Part shown: in pieces, positions 52,299 to 62,333 of the stretch | Numbering within the stretch: position 1 is the first letter of the stretch | How the letters are laid out: each line of letters starts with the position of its first letter | Source: Candidatus Anstonellaceae archaeon | GTDB lineage: Archaea; Micrarchaeota; Micrarchaeia; Anstonellales; Anstonellaceae | NCBI GenBank assembly: GCA_038887295.1 | Contig: JAWAKW010000001.1 | Coordinates: 366,359 to 430,358 of the forward strand | Direction of reading: 5' to 3' | Length of the DNA: 64,000 nucleotides | Notes under the pieces: model-generated | What the model saw: only the letters and a program-made list of their open reading frames with translations | What the model was told of the DNA's origin: nothing | Databases searched by the model: none | Program-made: the position numbers and the translations under genes

Positions 52299-52862
52299 TT
52301 ATTGGCTTGAAACGTTTTTTAGCATTTCAACTATTTCTTGCCCAATTGCGCACTGCCTCTGACTTATTGCATCGGCGAATGCTAATCTTGCCCTTTCGCA
52401 TTCAATCATATTAGAGCAGCTTTTTAGGACAGCCCAAGCCTGACTTATTTTCTCAAAAGAAATACTGCTTACAAGCTCTTCAATTTTCTTCAAGCGGTAA
52501 GTATTAGGAACTCCTTTTGGCCCGTATGTCTGATTATAATAGATTTCAAGCTCATTCAAAAGCTCCATCTCATTGACCTTGCTTTTTGTCGCCTCCAAAA
52601 TTTCGCCTTCTTTCCTTGCCTTACCAAGCTCAGCATCAAGTGCATTCAGTTTGGTTTGCATCCCTTCCTTTGCAGCTGCGCATTCGGCAATCCTGGCTTC
52701 AAGGCTGAAGATTTTGCTTTCCTGCTGTGCAAGCTTTTCATTAAGAGCCATTATTTGGCTTTCATAGCCTTTTTTGATTTCATCATATTTGCTTTCCGCA
52801 TCGGTCAGGCATCCTGCCACAAGTAAAGATGCAACAATCAGCACTGCTGCAGGCATTTTCAT
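52299..52862 (-). CDS. Hypothetical coiled-coil lipoprotein
   Basis: Lipobox LVAGC followed by a heptad-rich region. Confidence 0.75.
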   Translation of the reverse strand: MKMPAAVLIVASLLVAGCLTDAESKYDEIKKGYESQIMALNEKLAQQESKIFSLEARIAECAAAKEGMQTKLNALDAELGKARKEGEILEATKSKVNEMELLNELEIYYNQTYGPKGVPNTYRLKKIEELVSSISFEKISQAWAVLKSCSNMIECERARLAFADAISQRQCAIGQEIVEMLKNVSSQ

Positions 52863-52929
52863 GCAAAAGCCTCTCTTGCAAGGTTTTTATGCCTTTATAA
52901 AGCTGCTGTGTCAGTTTATAATTTTCAGT

Positions 52930-52977
52930 GTTAATACGGTATTAACGCTTTTAAATCTTTGTTAATACAATATTGAC
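52930..52977. promoter_or_regulatory. Twin palindromic operators flanking the TATA box of the HTH-grpE-dnaK operon
   Basis: GTTAATAC-G-GTATTAAC (52930-52946, perfect) and GTTAATAC-A-ATATTGAC (52961-52977), with TTTTAAAT between them. Confidence 0.75.
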
Positions 52978-52987
52978 AGTGATTGGT

Positions 52988-53437
52988 ATGGCAAAGGCCA
53001 ATCCCACCCTGCCTACAGTGGTGCAAAAGGGCAAATCTCATCATGTTGATTCAGACTTAGTGGCATTGTGCAAAATGATGAGGATAATGTCAGAGCGCGA
53101 CATAGATGCCACCCTGCCTCAAGTGCTCAAACTGATGCTTCTTGAAGGCAGGCTCAGACCTATTGGGGGAAGCGAGCTTTCCCGCATCTCAGGGCTCAAC
53201 CGAATCACAGTTATTCATCATCTCAAAAGGCTTGAAGAAGTAGGCTTGGTCCGCCGTGTCGAAGGCAAATATATTCTTAGGTTTCGATCAACCGAGGATA
53301 TGCTGGTAGAGTTCAAAAAGGAAGTTGAGAAGATGCTTATGGAAATGGACGAGCTTGCAAGGCAGATAGACGAAGAATTCGGTCTTTTTGAGCGCGGATT
53401 TGCCAATGTCAACACCAAGGACAAAGTCAAAAAATAA
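52988..53437 (+). CDS. Winged-HTH transcriptional regulator (putative heat-shock repressor)
   Basis: SELSRISGLNRITVIHHLKRLEEVGLV plus C-terminal coiled coil; first gene before grpE. Confidence 0.8.
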   Translation: MAKANPTLPTVVQKGKSHHVDSDLVALCKMMRIMSERDIDATLPQVLKLMLLEGRLRPIGGSELSRISGLNRITVIHHLKRLEEVGLVRRVEGKYILRFRSTEDMLVEFKKEVEKMLMEMDELARQIDEEFGLFERGFANVNTKDKVKK

Positions 53438-53446
53438 GGTGTTCTT

Positions 53447-54019
53447 ATGAGCAGCAAAAAGCAGCCTGAGGCTCAGCAGCAAGAGTCGCAACAGCCTTCC
53501 TTGCAAGAGGAGCAGATAAAGCAGCTTTCAGCAAAGATTTCAGAAATGTCAGATCAGCTTTTGAGGCTTCAGGCAGAGTTTGACAATTACAAAAAAAGGA
53601 CCGCAAAGGAAAAGGAAACTCTTTCAAGTTATGCAGAAGGCAAGATGATGTTGCGGCTGCTTCCTCTTTACGAGGAGCTTGCATTTGCCGAGCAGGAAGT
53701 TTCCAAAATACAGCAAGAATCTGTCAAAAAAGGCGTGTTACTTTTGCTTTCAAAAATGCGCTCGGCATTTGAAAGGGAAGGGCTGCAGCAGCTGAAACTG
53801 GAAGGGGAGAAATTTGACCCTTTCCTGCATGAGGCAGCTGGATATGAGCCCTCTGATTTGCCTGAAGGAACCATCCTTAGGGCAATCCAAAACGGATACA
53901 AATTCAGGGGCGAGCTTCTTCGCCCTGCGATTGTGATTGTGTCTTCAGGGCCGCATGCGCCAGAGGCGAATGCTGGCCACAAGGCAAATACTGTTCAAGA
54001 ATCAGAAAATAAGGGGTGA
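53447..54019 (+). CDS. grpE: Nucleotide exchange factor GrpE
   Basis: [23 protein letters not shown]....LLRPA.V.V. Confidence 0.94.
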   Translation: MSSKKQPEAQQQESQQPSLQEEQIKQLSAKISEMSDQLLRLQAEFDNYKKRTAKEKETLSSYAEGKMMLRLLPLYEELAFAEQEVSKIQQESVKKGVLLLLSKMRSAFEREGLQQLKLEGEKFDPFLHEAAGYEPSDLPEGTILRAIQNGYKFRGELLRPAIVIVSSGPHAPEANAGHKANTVQESENKG

Positions 54020-54024
54020 TTGTT

Positions 54025-55875
54025 ATGGCAAAAATCATTGGAATAGACCTTGGTACTTCCAATTCTGCCGCGGCAGTGCTTGAAGGCGGAAAGCCAGTCA
54101 TGATTCCGTCAGCAGAAGGTGCCTCTCAGTACGGCAAGGCATTCCCATCCTATGTGGCATTCACTAAAGATGGCAACCTGCTGGTTGGTGAGCCTGCACG
54201 AAGGCAAGCAATCACCAACCCAGAAGGGACATTTTATGGATTCAAGCGAAAGATGGGGACTGATTTCAAGTACAAAGCATTCGGCAAAGAATACCGGCCA
54301 CAGGAGCTTTCTGCATTTTTGCTTCAGAAAATCAAGCGCGATGCAGAAATGTTCTTGGGCGACAAAGTGGAAAAGGCAGTAATCACAGTGCCGGCTTACT
54401 TTGACGACAATCAAAGACAGGCAACCAAGGACGCCGGTGCAATTGCAGGCCTGGAAGTGGTGCGCATTATTAACGAGCCTACTGCAGCAGCCTTGGCATA
54501 CGGTCTGGACAAATCAGAAAAGGAGCAGCGGATTGTAGTGTTTGACTTGGGCGGCGGAACGCTTGATGTTACTGTAATGGAATTTGGAAAAGGCGTTTTC
54601 GAGGTGAAAAGCACCTCAGGTGATACCCAGCTTGGCGGAACTGATATGGACAATGCAATCGTGGATTATCTTGTGGGTGTGTTTTTGAGGGAAACAGGCA
54701 TCAATGTTTCCACAGACAAGCAGGCAATGCAGAGGCTGCGAGAAGCAGCAGAAAAGGCAAAAATCGAGCTTTCCACCGTGCTTGAGTCAGAAATCAACCT
54801 TCCTTTCTTGTCTGCAGATAGCAGCGGGCCAAAGCACTTTGTGCACAAGCTTACCCGTGCCAAGCTCGAAGAAATTGTAGAACCCATCGTCACACGCTGC
54901 AAAAAGCCAATTGCTCAGGCGCTTCAGGACGCAAAACTAACCATTAATGATATCGACAAAATCATTCTTGTCGGCGGTCCAACCCGCATGCCAATAGTGC
55001 AACGCTTTATTGAAACCACATTCGGCAAAAAGCCCGAGCGTGGAATCGATCCAATGGAGTGCGTGGCAATGGGTGCGGCAATCCAAGCAGGCATAATTTC
55101 AGGTGATGTAAAAGACATACTGCTTTTGGATGTCACTCCGCTTTCGCTTGGAATTGAAACACTTGGCGGGGTATTCACCAAGCTGATTGAAAGGAACACC
55201 ACAATTCCAACAAGAAAGTCCCAAATTTTCACTACTGCAGCAGATTTCCAGACCTCGGTTGAAATCCACGTGCTTCAAGGAGAGCGAGCGATGGCAAAGG
55301 ATAATATAGAGCTTGGGAGGTTTTCCTTGGTTGGAATTCCTCCTGCTCCTCGCGGAGTGCCACAAATCGAGGTGACATTTGACATTGATGCAAACGGCAT
55401 ACTGCATGTTTCTGCAAAGGACTTGGGCACAGGTAAGGAGCAAAAGATGCAAATTATTGCGCCGCACAAGATGGACAAGGCAGAAATCGAGGCAAAAATG
55501 AGGGAAGCAGAAAAATTTGCAGAGCAAGACAGGAGGGCGCGTGAGGAGGCCGAATTGAAAAACGAAGCAGAATCCCTTGCATATACAGCAGAAAAAACGC
55601 TTTCAGAGTTTTCAGACAAAATTGAAGCTTCACTCAAAGAGAAAGTCAAGAAAGCTGCAGAAGAAGTGCGAGAGGCACTCAAGAAAAACGACATTGCTGC
55701 AATCAAGTCCTCCATGGAGAATCTTAAGAAGGCTCTTCAAGAGGCCGGTGGATCGATTTACCGCGGAAGCAGTTCAGGAGGAGCAAACTTTGGGCCAAAA
55801 GGAGGCCCAGACGAAGGCCCAGGCCCATCCGACCAAGGAGGCAATGTCTATGATGCAGAATACAAAAAAGTCTAA
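54025..55875 (+). CDS. dnaK: Chaperone DnaK (Hsp70)
   Basis: [42 protein letters not shown]. Confidence 0.98.
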   Translation: MAKIIGIDLGTSNSAAAVLEGGKPVMIPSAEGASQYGKAFPSYVAFTKDGNLLVGEPARRQAITNPEGTFYGFKRKMGTDFKYKAFGKEYRPQELSAFLLQKIKRDAEMFLGDKVEKAVITVPAYFDDNQRQATKDAGAIAGLEVVRIINEPTAAALAYGLDKSEKEQRIVVFDLGGGTLDVTVMEFGKGVFEVKSTSGDTQLGGTDMDNAIVDYLVGVFLRETGINVSTDKQAMQRLREAAEKAKIELSTVLESEINLPFLSADSSGPKHFVHKLTRAKLEEIVEPIVTRCKKPIAQALQDAKLTINDIDKIILVGGPTRMPIVQRFIETTFGKKPERGIDPMECVAMGAAIQAGIISGDVKDILLLDVTPLSLGIETLGGVFTKLIERNTTIPTRKSQIFTTAADFQTSVEIHVLQGERAMAKDNIELGRFSLVGIPPAPRGVPQIEVTFDIDANGILHVSAKDLGTGKEQKMQIIAPHKMDKAEIEAKMREAEKFAEQDRRAREEAELKNEAESLAYTAEKTLSEFSDKIEASLKEKVKKAAEEVREALKKNDIAAIKSSMENLKKALQEAGGSIYRGSSSGGANFGPKGGPDEGPGPSDQGGNVYDAEYKKV

Positions 55876-55934
55876 CAAGCCAAGCGTCTGAATCACTTTA
55901 AAACCTTTCTTAACACAAATCCCAACAGAATTTT

Positions 55935-56867
55935 ATGAAGCTGAAAAAGCCAAACCTGCAACAAGTATCTGCTGCACTTCTTGCAGGCACCATGCTTGCC
56001 TCCTCAATTTTTTTCAGCAAATTCCTGGAAAGCCATCCCAGCCCAAAAGTCATCCAGTCTCCTGTCGCTCAAACTGCAGTTTCCGACACTATTTCAACCC
56101 CGCTTCGTCTTCAAACCACTTCATTCCGGCCCTCCACACTAAAAAAAGCAAGGCAATATCTTATTGCAAATGGTTTTGAGCATCAGTTTGTGGATTCGCT
56201 TTTTTCTGACAGCAGGCTTTCTAAGCTGAACATTTTTTCTTCTGCTTCCAAGCCTGCCAAAAAGCTAACTTATGAGGAATACAAAAGGCTTTATGGTTTT
56301 GAGGAGCTTGCAGTCAAAGGAGCAAAATTTTATCACTTACACAAAAACCTACTTGATTCGCTTCAATCCTTCACAGGTGTGCCTGCTTTTCTTGTGGTCT
56401 CAATTTTGGGCATAGAAAGTACTTATGGCAACAACTTGGGAAATCACCTCCTAATCAACGTCTTTCTTACAATAATTGAGGACAGGCCAGCAAGAAAGGA
56501 CTTTGCGCTGCAGCAACTTGAGGATTTCCTTGCATTATGCCGGCATTTTGGCATCGACCCATACAGCGTCAAAGGCTCGCATTGGGGCGCATTTTTGCCA
56601 GCCCAATTCATCCCTTCTTCTCTAAGAAAATACCTGCATGTGCTTGACTGCTCCTCATTTGAAGAGCTTTACAATATAGAAAATTCCATCAGGCTTGCAT
56701 TTTCCTACCTTGCAGATGCAGGTGCATCCGCAAAAGAAAATTTTTCGCTTGACAGCTCCAACTACGAAGCAGCATTTGCCTACAATCACTCTTCCTTTTA
56801 TGCCCGCCTTGCAGTTGAGCTTGCAGAAAGGATAAAGCAACTTTCCAAGAAAATGGGGCCGCTGTGA
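55935..56867 (+). CDS. MltB-like lytic murein transglycosylase (SLT_2 family) with N-terminal anchor
   Basis: VSILGIESTYG (catalytic Glu), KGSHWGAFLPAQFIPSS (GSxAGAMGxxQFMPSS-like), AYNHSSFYA..V.ELA..I. Confidence 0.82.
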   Translation: MKLKKPNLQQVSAALLAGTMLASSIFFSKFLESHPSPKVIQSPVAQTAVSDTISTPLRLQTTSFRPSTLKKARQYLIANGFEHQFVDSLFSDSRLSKLNIFSSASKPAKKLTYEEYKRLYGFEELAVKGAKFYHLHKNLLDSLQSFTGVPAFLVVSILGIESTYGNNLGNHLLINVFLTIIEDRPARKDFALQQLEDFLALCRHFGIDPYSVKGSHWGAFLPAQFIPSSLRKYLHVLDCSSFEELYNIENSIRLAFSYLADAGASAKENFSLDSSNYEAAFAYNHSSFYARLAVELAERIKQLSKKMGPL

Positions 56868-56942
56868 TTTGAACACAGATCACTAGGTTTTCCGAATGGG
56901 GTTTCCCGAACCTAGCAGCATACCAGGTTAGCCCACGGCCCC
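56854..56942 (-). tRNA. tRNA-Pro(CGG) with a 16-nt canonical intron (56889-56904)
   Basis: Acceptor GGGGCCG/CGGCCCC+A; anticodon stem CTAGG/CCTAG with loop TT-CGG-GA; BHB central helix TTCG/CGGA; T-arm CTGTG-TTCAAAT-CACAG. Confidence 0.92.
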
Positions 56943-57104
56943 AAGATGCATCTGGCAACACTTAAGGCAGACAGAAAGTTATGAGTGGTATTGATAAAAA
57001 AGTTTAGTGGTGGCTCTGGTGTTGTTGCTATGCCACCAAAGACCCAACTAGTGCAGCTTCTGCTTACCTTCCCATTTTTATTTTTTTCACAAGTAGCATG
57101 ATTC

Positions 57105-57713
57105 ATGGCTGTTGTGCTCGAATTTTTCATCACTTCATTTATTTCCATGCTTGCAATTATCAATCCGATTTCAACCATCGGTGTTTTCCTTTCTCTAATG
57201 CGCAACATACACCCTGAAGAAAGAAACAGGATAGCATTCAAAGCAAGTCTTGCCGCATTTGCAATCCTATTTTTCTTCTCCATCACTGGATACTTGATTT
57301 TCCAAATCTACTCAATCACAATAGAAGCTTTCAGAATCGCAGGTGGTCTTATACTGCTTGTCATCGGAATGCGCATGATCTTCCCTCCCCAACACCAGCA
57401 GCATCCAACAACTCTTCAATCTTACATCGTCCCTTTGACCGTCCCATTAACTTCCGGACCAGGGGCAATAACCACTGCTGTGGTGCTTGCTAGCCAGGCA
57501 ACCACTTTCCTTCATGAAGTTGCCCTTTGGGCTGCAATCTTCCTTGCCTGCACTGTCAATTTCATCGTCCTTCGCTTCTCCAGTACAATAGACCAAAAAC
57601 TTGGCAAAGAAGGAATCTCAGCATTAATCAAGATAATGGGTCTTCTTGTCTGCTCAATCGCCGTCCAATTTATCATTAACGGCCTTAAGGGCGCATTTCC
57701 CGTCCTTTCCTAA
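57105..57713 (+). CDS. MarC family membrane protein
   Basis: IINPI, AFRIAGGLIL, VPLTVPLTSGPGAIT, IMGLL..IAVQFI. Confidence 0.92.
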   Translation: MAVVLEFFITSFISMLAIINPISTIGVFLSLMRNIHPEERNRIAFKASLAAFAILFFFSITGYLIFQIYSITIEAFRIAGGLILLVIGMRMIFPPQHQQHPTTLQSYIVPLTVPLTSGPGAITTAVVLASQATTFLHEVALWAAIFLACTVNFIVLRFSSTIDQKLGKEGISALIKIMGLLVCSIAVQFIINGLKGAFPVLS

Positions 57714-58140
57714 CTTTCTTCTCCACAACCCAAAACTTTCCCAATTCATCAATCCTTGTTTTACTGAATTCTAGTTTTTCAAAAATATAGCTTCCGTTGT
57801 TCACTATTTCTATCATCCCAAGGTCGTTTATAATATCTGGCAGTAGTTCTGGCAACCTATGCTCATAAGGAAGACGGGGCAATAATTGAGGCTGAGCAGA
57901 TGGTGCAGCCGTATATCCATCACTTTCACTCTCATTTTCTGTAACATTCAAAAGATAATCATATTCTTCTTCATTGCCAAAATACATCGTTTCATTTTGG
58001 GTAAGTAAAGAAGTTTCATTTGCAGTTGAGTTTCCACTTTGAGCGAAAGGATTCTCGCCTTCACAGTTTGCTAATCCTACAAGGCTGATAAGAATTATAG
58101 CGCTAAGTAGTGCAACATCCTGCTGCGGTCGCCTTTTCAT
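57685..58140 (-). CDS. Hypothetical secreted acidic protein, possibly 3'-truncated
   Basis: Signal-like N-terminus, five N-x-S/T sequons; last 29 nt overlap marC on the opposite strand. Confidence 0.55.
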   Translation of the reverse strand: MKRRPQQDVALLSAIILISLVGLANCEGENPFAQSGNSTANETSLLTQNETMYFGNEEEYDYLLNVTENESESDGYTAAPSAQPQLLPRLPYEHRLPELLPDIINDLGMIEIVNNGSYIFEKLEFSKTRIDELGKFWVVEKKVRKGREMRP

Positions 58141-58268
58141 CAAAAGAAAATCAAAGTGAATTTTTATAACTTTTTGCAAACGTCGCCTGTTACATTACCA
58201 AAAAACGATGCAGTAGGCATCTGATCCGAAGTGCAACCATTTAAATTTAACCAGGCAAGAAGATTCGT

Positions 58269-60080
58269 ATGTTTTTTTCTCTGAAGCAAGAGCTTGCATA
58301 TGCAATTGCGCAGGCGGCAGGATGCAGCATTCAGGAGGCCTTGCAGTCGATTGAGCTTCCAAAAAAGCAGTTTGGAGATTTGGCATGCACAGTTGCATTT
58401 TCGCTTGCAAAAAAGGAGCGCAAAAGCCCAAGCGAAATTGCAAAAAACATAAAAGAAAGGCTCGCACCGCATCCTTGGATAGCAAAAGCAGAAACAGAAG
58501 GACCCTACATTAATTTCTTCCTTTCAGAAGAGTTTTTTTTCAGGCTGCTTGAGGAAGTAGACAAGAGTCGGGAAAGATTTGGAAGAGGAAAAAAGAAGGA
58601 AGGCAAAGTAATTGTGGAGTTTCCTTCAGTAAACCCGAACAAACCATGGCATGTTGGGCATTTGAGAAATGCAATATTAGGAGACGCAGTAGCTTCTCTT
58701 CTTGAGTTTTGCGGCTATCAGGTAGAAAGAATAGACTATATAGATGATTTGGGATTGCAAGTGGCCCAAAGCTTCTGGGGCTACAAAGCCTTAGGAAACA
58801 AGCCCGAAGGAAAGCTAGATTTATGGCTGGGCATGCAATATGTTCAAGTAAGCAAGCTTTTTGAGCAGGACAGCAACGTACAGGCACAGGTGCGCCAGCT
58901 TTTAAAGAAGATGGAGGAAGGGATTGAGCCTGAAGCAAGCGAATGCAGACAGCTGGTTGAACGATGTGTTGCAGCGCAATACGAAACCGCCTTCAAGTTC
59001 GGAATATACCATGATGCCCTTATTTTCGAGTCGGACATAGTCAAGACAATCTTTGAGGAAGGCATGCGAATACTCAAAGAAAGCAAAGCAGTAGTTTTTG
59101 AATCAGAAGGGAAAAACGCAGGATGCTGGGTGGCAAAGCTTCCTTTAGAAGAATTCTCCAAAATGGAATCTCCAGATAAAGTTTTGATTCGCTCAGATGG
59201 AACTGCAACATATACAGGCAAAGATGTAATCTTCCAAATGTGGAAGTTTGGGCTGCTTTCCTCAGATTTCAAATATGAAGATTTCATCTTGCAGCCTAAT
59301 GGTAAGGTGTGCAAAAAGACCTGCAGCAGTGGAAGAAGTGAAAGCTTTGGAAAGGCAACTAAAGTAATAAACGTAATTGGAATGGAGCAAACTTATCCTC
59401 AAAAGGTGATAAAAGGCATTTTGGAGTTGCTTGGCTACAAAAGCCAAGCTGAAAATTCCATCCACCTCTCATACGAGCATGTTTGGCTTGAAGAGGAGCA
59501 TTTTTCTGGCAGACAAGGGACATGGATAGGCTATACTGCAGATGAGCTTTATCAAGAAGGAATAAAGAAAGCTTCAGCAAAAATAAAAGAGCAACATGAG
59601 GATTCAAAAAGAAGCCAAATCGCATCAGCTGTTGCAGTTGCTGCAATCCGATTTTCATTTTTGCGCACCACCCCAGAAAAGAAAATAGTCTTCAAATGGG
59701 AAGAAGCTCTCTCTCTTGAAGGGGATTCTGCTCCATATGCTTTGTATGCATATGCAAGGGCTCATAAAATATTTTCAAAGGCAGGAAAAGGCGCACCTGC
59801 CCAATTGCAGCTTTCTGAGAATGAAAAAGAGCTTCTAAAAAAGATAATGCTTCTTGAGCCAGTGCTGGAAAGTGCAGCAGCCCAGCTTAGACCTCATGCC
59901 GTAGCAGAATATTGTCTGGAGCTTGCCACTTCCTACAATAAGTTTTACTCCACCTGCCCAATAATTTCCTGCGAAGATGAGAAGATAAAAGCCAACAGGC
60001 TCGCAATAAATTTTGCTGCAATGACAGCCTTGAAAAACGCACTTGGCTCGATAGGAATTCAAGTGCTTGAAGAAATGTAG
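58269..60080 (+). CDS. argS: Arginine--tRNA ligase
   Basis: SVNPNKPWHVGHLRN, RSDGTATY, FSGRQG, PYALYAYARA, YNKFY. Confidence 0.95.
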   Translation: MFFSLKQELAYAIAQAAGCSIQEALQSIELPKKQFGDLACTVAFSLAKKERKSPSEIAKNIKERLAPHPWIAKAETEGPYINFFLSEEFFFRLLEEVDKSRERFGRGKKKEGKVIVEFPSVNPNKPWHVGHLRNAILGDAVASLLEFCGYQVERIDYIDDLGLQVAQSFWGYKALGNKPEGKLDLWLGMQYVQVSKLFEQDSNVQAQVRQLLKKMEEGIEPEASECRQLVERCVAAQYETAFKFGIYHDALIFESDIVKTIFEEGMRILKESKAVVFESEGKNAGCWVAKLPLEEFSKMESPDKVLIRSDGTATYTGKDVIFQMWKFGLLSSDFKYEDFILQPNGKVCKKTCSSGRSESFGKATKVINVIGMEQTYPQKVIKGILELLGYKSQAENSIHLSYEHVWLEEEHFSGRQGTWIGYTADELYQEGIKKASAKIKEQHEDSKRSQIASAVAVAAIRFSFLRTTPEKKIVFKWEEALSLEGDSAPYALYAYARAHKIFSKAGKGAPAQLQLSENEKELLKKIMLLEPVLESAAAQLRPHAVAEYCLELATSYNKFYSTCPIISCEDEKIKANRLAINFAAMTALKNALGSIGIQVLEEM

Positions 60081-61193
60081 CTAGACTGCAACCATCCTCC
60101 CTCTTTGCGCAATCAGCACCCTCTTACCGGTTTTGTAGACTGCAAAAACAGTCGCAGTTATCGGTGTTTGGTCGGTATACACATAATCAACATGAACATT
60201 TGCCTTCACTTTGCCAACCATTGCACCTGCCCCACCAAAATGGTCATTTCTTCCATATGCTATATGCGGTCCTGCCTTTTCTCTTTCAAGGATAGGTATT
60301 CCAACAGCTCCTCTTGCCTTTTCATTTATCCCAAACCCAATCTCAGCAATGTTTGCAGCTTCTGGCTCCAAGGCAATTTCCTGCCTTATTCTTTCTGCAT
60401 CCTGGCAGTTTCCAACCACACGCACTATCCTGTTCTTTTGCACATGCAAAAACGCAACTTTCCCGTCACTTTCAGAATAAATTGGCCAAATCCCGCGCGT
60501 CTGAGACTCCCCAAAGATCTTTTTTGCATCCAAATCAAGCCCTTCATAAGGGGCAGTGAAAACCTCGCCCGAAGGAAGGTTGATTACCTGGCCTGCCTGC
60601 CTACAAAGCCCACCATCCAAAATCCAGTTTTTTGCACGCGTGTCAATGTAAAGCTGTGTTCCTTTCGGAATCAATGCCCCATCAAATGTGATTTCAAACC
60701 CTTCTGCACCTTCCACTGCCGCAATCAACTTTTCCCCTTTCTGACTTATTCTGTCATAATCTGCAAGGATTGCGCCTTCCATATCCCTCCTTGCGCTTGG
60801 CATCGAGATTGCCCTTAGACCTGATTTGAGTGCGATATTCTTCAGCGGAGCAGTTGCAGAATATTTGGTTATTGCCAGCGCAATGCTGCAGCTTGCAATT
60901 AATTCATGCAAATCATTCACATGGCCTCCCCCTAAAGTGGCCGCAGTTTTTGGCAATTCTGCATTGTGCTTGCCAGTCTGTTCATAAAGCACCGCAGGAA
61001 GCAGCCTGCATTTACGCTGCTTGCAGACAATTTCTGCTGCCTTGTAGTACTCAAAAAACATGCTTTTCCTTTCTTCATCCTCTGCGTTCGGAGTGCTCTT
61101 TGGATAATCAGACAAAAACAGCATTCTCTCGTTTTCCTTGGGAGCAAAGCAAAAATCAAGAAGTTGCGCAATTTTCCTGAGGCTTTCCTGCAT
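60081..61193 (-). CDS. Aminopeptidase-like metalloprotease (M29-related)
   Basis: INLPSGEVFTAP, NIAEIGFGIN, EK...HIAYG, H.D.V. Confidence 0.78.
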   Translation of the reverse strand: MQESLRKIAQLLDFCFAPKENERMLFLSDYPKSTPNAEDEERKSMFFEYYKAAEIVCKQRKCRLLPAVLYEQTGKHNAELPKTAATLGGGHVNDLHELIASCSIALAITKYSATAPLKNIALKSGLRAISMPSARRDMEGAILADYDRISQKGEKLIAAVEGAEGFEITFDGALIPKGTQLYIDTRAKNWILDGGLCRQAGQVINLPSGEVFTAPYEGLDLDAKKIFGESQTRGIWPIYSESDGKVAFLHVQKNRIVRVVGNCQDAERIRQEIALEPEAANIAEIGFGINEKARGAVGIPILEREKAGPHIAYGRNDHFGGAGAMVGKVKANVHVDYVYTDQTPITATVFAVYKTGKRVLIAQRGRMVAV

Positions 61194-61245
61194 GAAATAA
61201 AAGCTTTGCAAAAAACTTTAATCTTTGCCTTCATGGCTGAGTAGA

Positions 61246-61277
61246 TTGATATATAAATCTATTTTTGTATATATCAA
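61246..61277. promoter_or_regulatory. Inverted repeat upstream of padR
   Basis: TTGATATATA-N12-TATATATCAA. Confidence 0.5.
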
Positions 61278-61312
61278 ATTGTGTATATTTTTAGTCCAAA
61301 AAGAGGACAAGC

Positions 61313-61639
61313 ATGAACACCGTCAGACCAATTCACCCGGAAATGACTCATAAAGCGTATTTGTTTTTGCTTTGGCTCATTTCCAAAAGAAAGCTTCATG
61401 GTTATCAAATAATCAAACTTTTGGAAAAGGAAGGCATAAAAAGCATGGGTGCAAGCAGGCTTTACCCCCTGCTCAACAATATGCTTCACAACGGCTGGAT
61501 ATCACAAATTGAAACTAAAACTGGCAAGCGGACCCGCAAAATTTATGTAATTACAAGCGAGGGCAAAAAAGTGCTAGACGAAGGAAAAAAGCTTTTTAGA
61601 GGGCTTTTAGGCCAGTTCGTGAGGGAGATGCTGCAATGA
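61313..61639 (+). CDS. PadR family transcriptional regulator
   Basis: LHGYQII, LYPLL..M...GWI, RKIYVITSEG. Confidence 0.92.
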   Translation: MNTVRPIHPEMTHKAYLFLLWLISKRKLHGYQIIKLLEKEGIKSMGASRLYPLLNNMLHNGWISQIETKTGKRTRKIYVITSEGKKVLDEGKKLFRGLLGQFVREMLQ

Positions 61640-62322
61640 AAGCCAAAGATGAAGTGCTTATGAGACTGGAAGACGTTTCAAAAATATACGATATGGGAGA
61701 AAGCAAAGTACATGCTCTCTCCCACGTCAACCTTACAATAAAAAAGGGAGAGTTCTCAGCAATACTTGGTCCTTCCGGTTCAGGGAAAAGCACCCTTTTA
61801 CACATCCTAGGTCTGCTTGATGAGCCAACATCAGGAAAAGTATATCTTGATGGGATAGATGTAAGCAAGCTTTCAGAGAAGGAGCGGGCGCAGCTTCGTG
61901 GCAAAAAAATCGGCTTTATCTTCCAAATGTTCAACCTTATACCGTCGCTTAATGTACTTCAAAACGTCATTCTTCCTGCAATCATATATGAAACTTCGCC
62001 TTCAGTGGCCGAGGCGCGGGCTATCCAAATCCTAAAATCAATTGATATGGGAGAGCGCCTTTTCCACTACCCAAACCAGCTTTCCGGCGGCCAGAGGCAA
62101 AGGGTTGCAATTGCGCGCGCACTCATAAATGAGCCAGACATCCTCTTTGCCGATGAGCCAACAGGAAACCTTGATAGCAAAACAGGCGGAGAGGTGCTCA
62201 AGCTTTTTCAGGAGCTTCACAGGCAAGGCAAAACCGTAGTCATAGTCACCCATGATTCAAATGTTGCAAAAATTACCAACCGGATAATCCGGGTGGCAGA
62301 TGGGAAAATAGAAAAATCTTAA
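61636..62322 (+). CDS. ABC transporter ATP-binding protein (LolD/MacB type)
   Basis: [32 protein letters not shown]. Confidence 0.94.
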   Translation: MKAKDEVLMRLEDVSKIYDMGESKVHALSHVNLTIKKGEFSAILGPSGSGKSTLLHILGLLDEPTSGKVYLDGIDVSKLSEKERAQLRGKKIGFIFQMFNLIPSLNVLQNVILPAIIYETSPSVAEARAIQILKSIDMGERLFHYPNQLSGGQRQRVAIARALINEPDILFADEPTGNLDSKTGGEVLKLFQELHRQGKTVVIVTHDSNVAKITNRIIRVADGKIEKS

Positions 62323-62333
62323 GAGGTGGTATT

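Noticed and set aside
57008-57038. Hairpin TGGTGGC/GCCACCA whose loop region shares CTCTGGTGTT with the tRNA-Arg insert
   Set aside because: A 10-nt match is expected by chance in 64 kb, and the stem differs.
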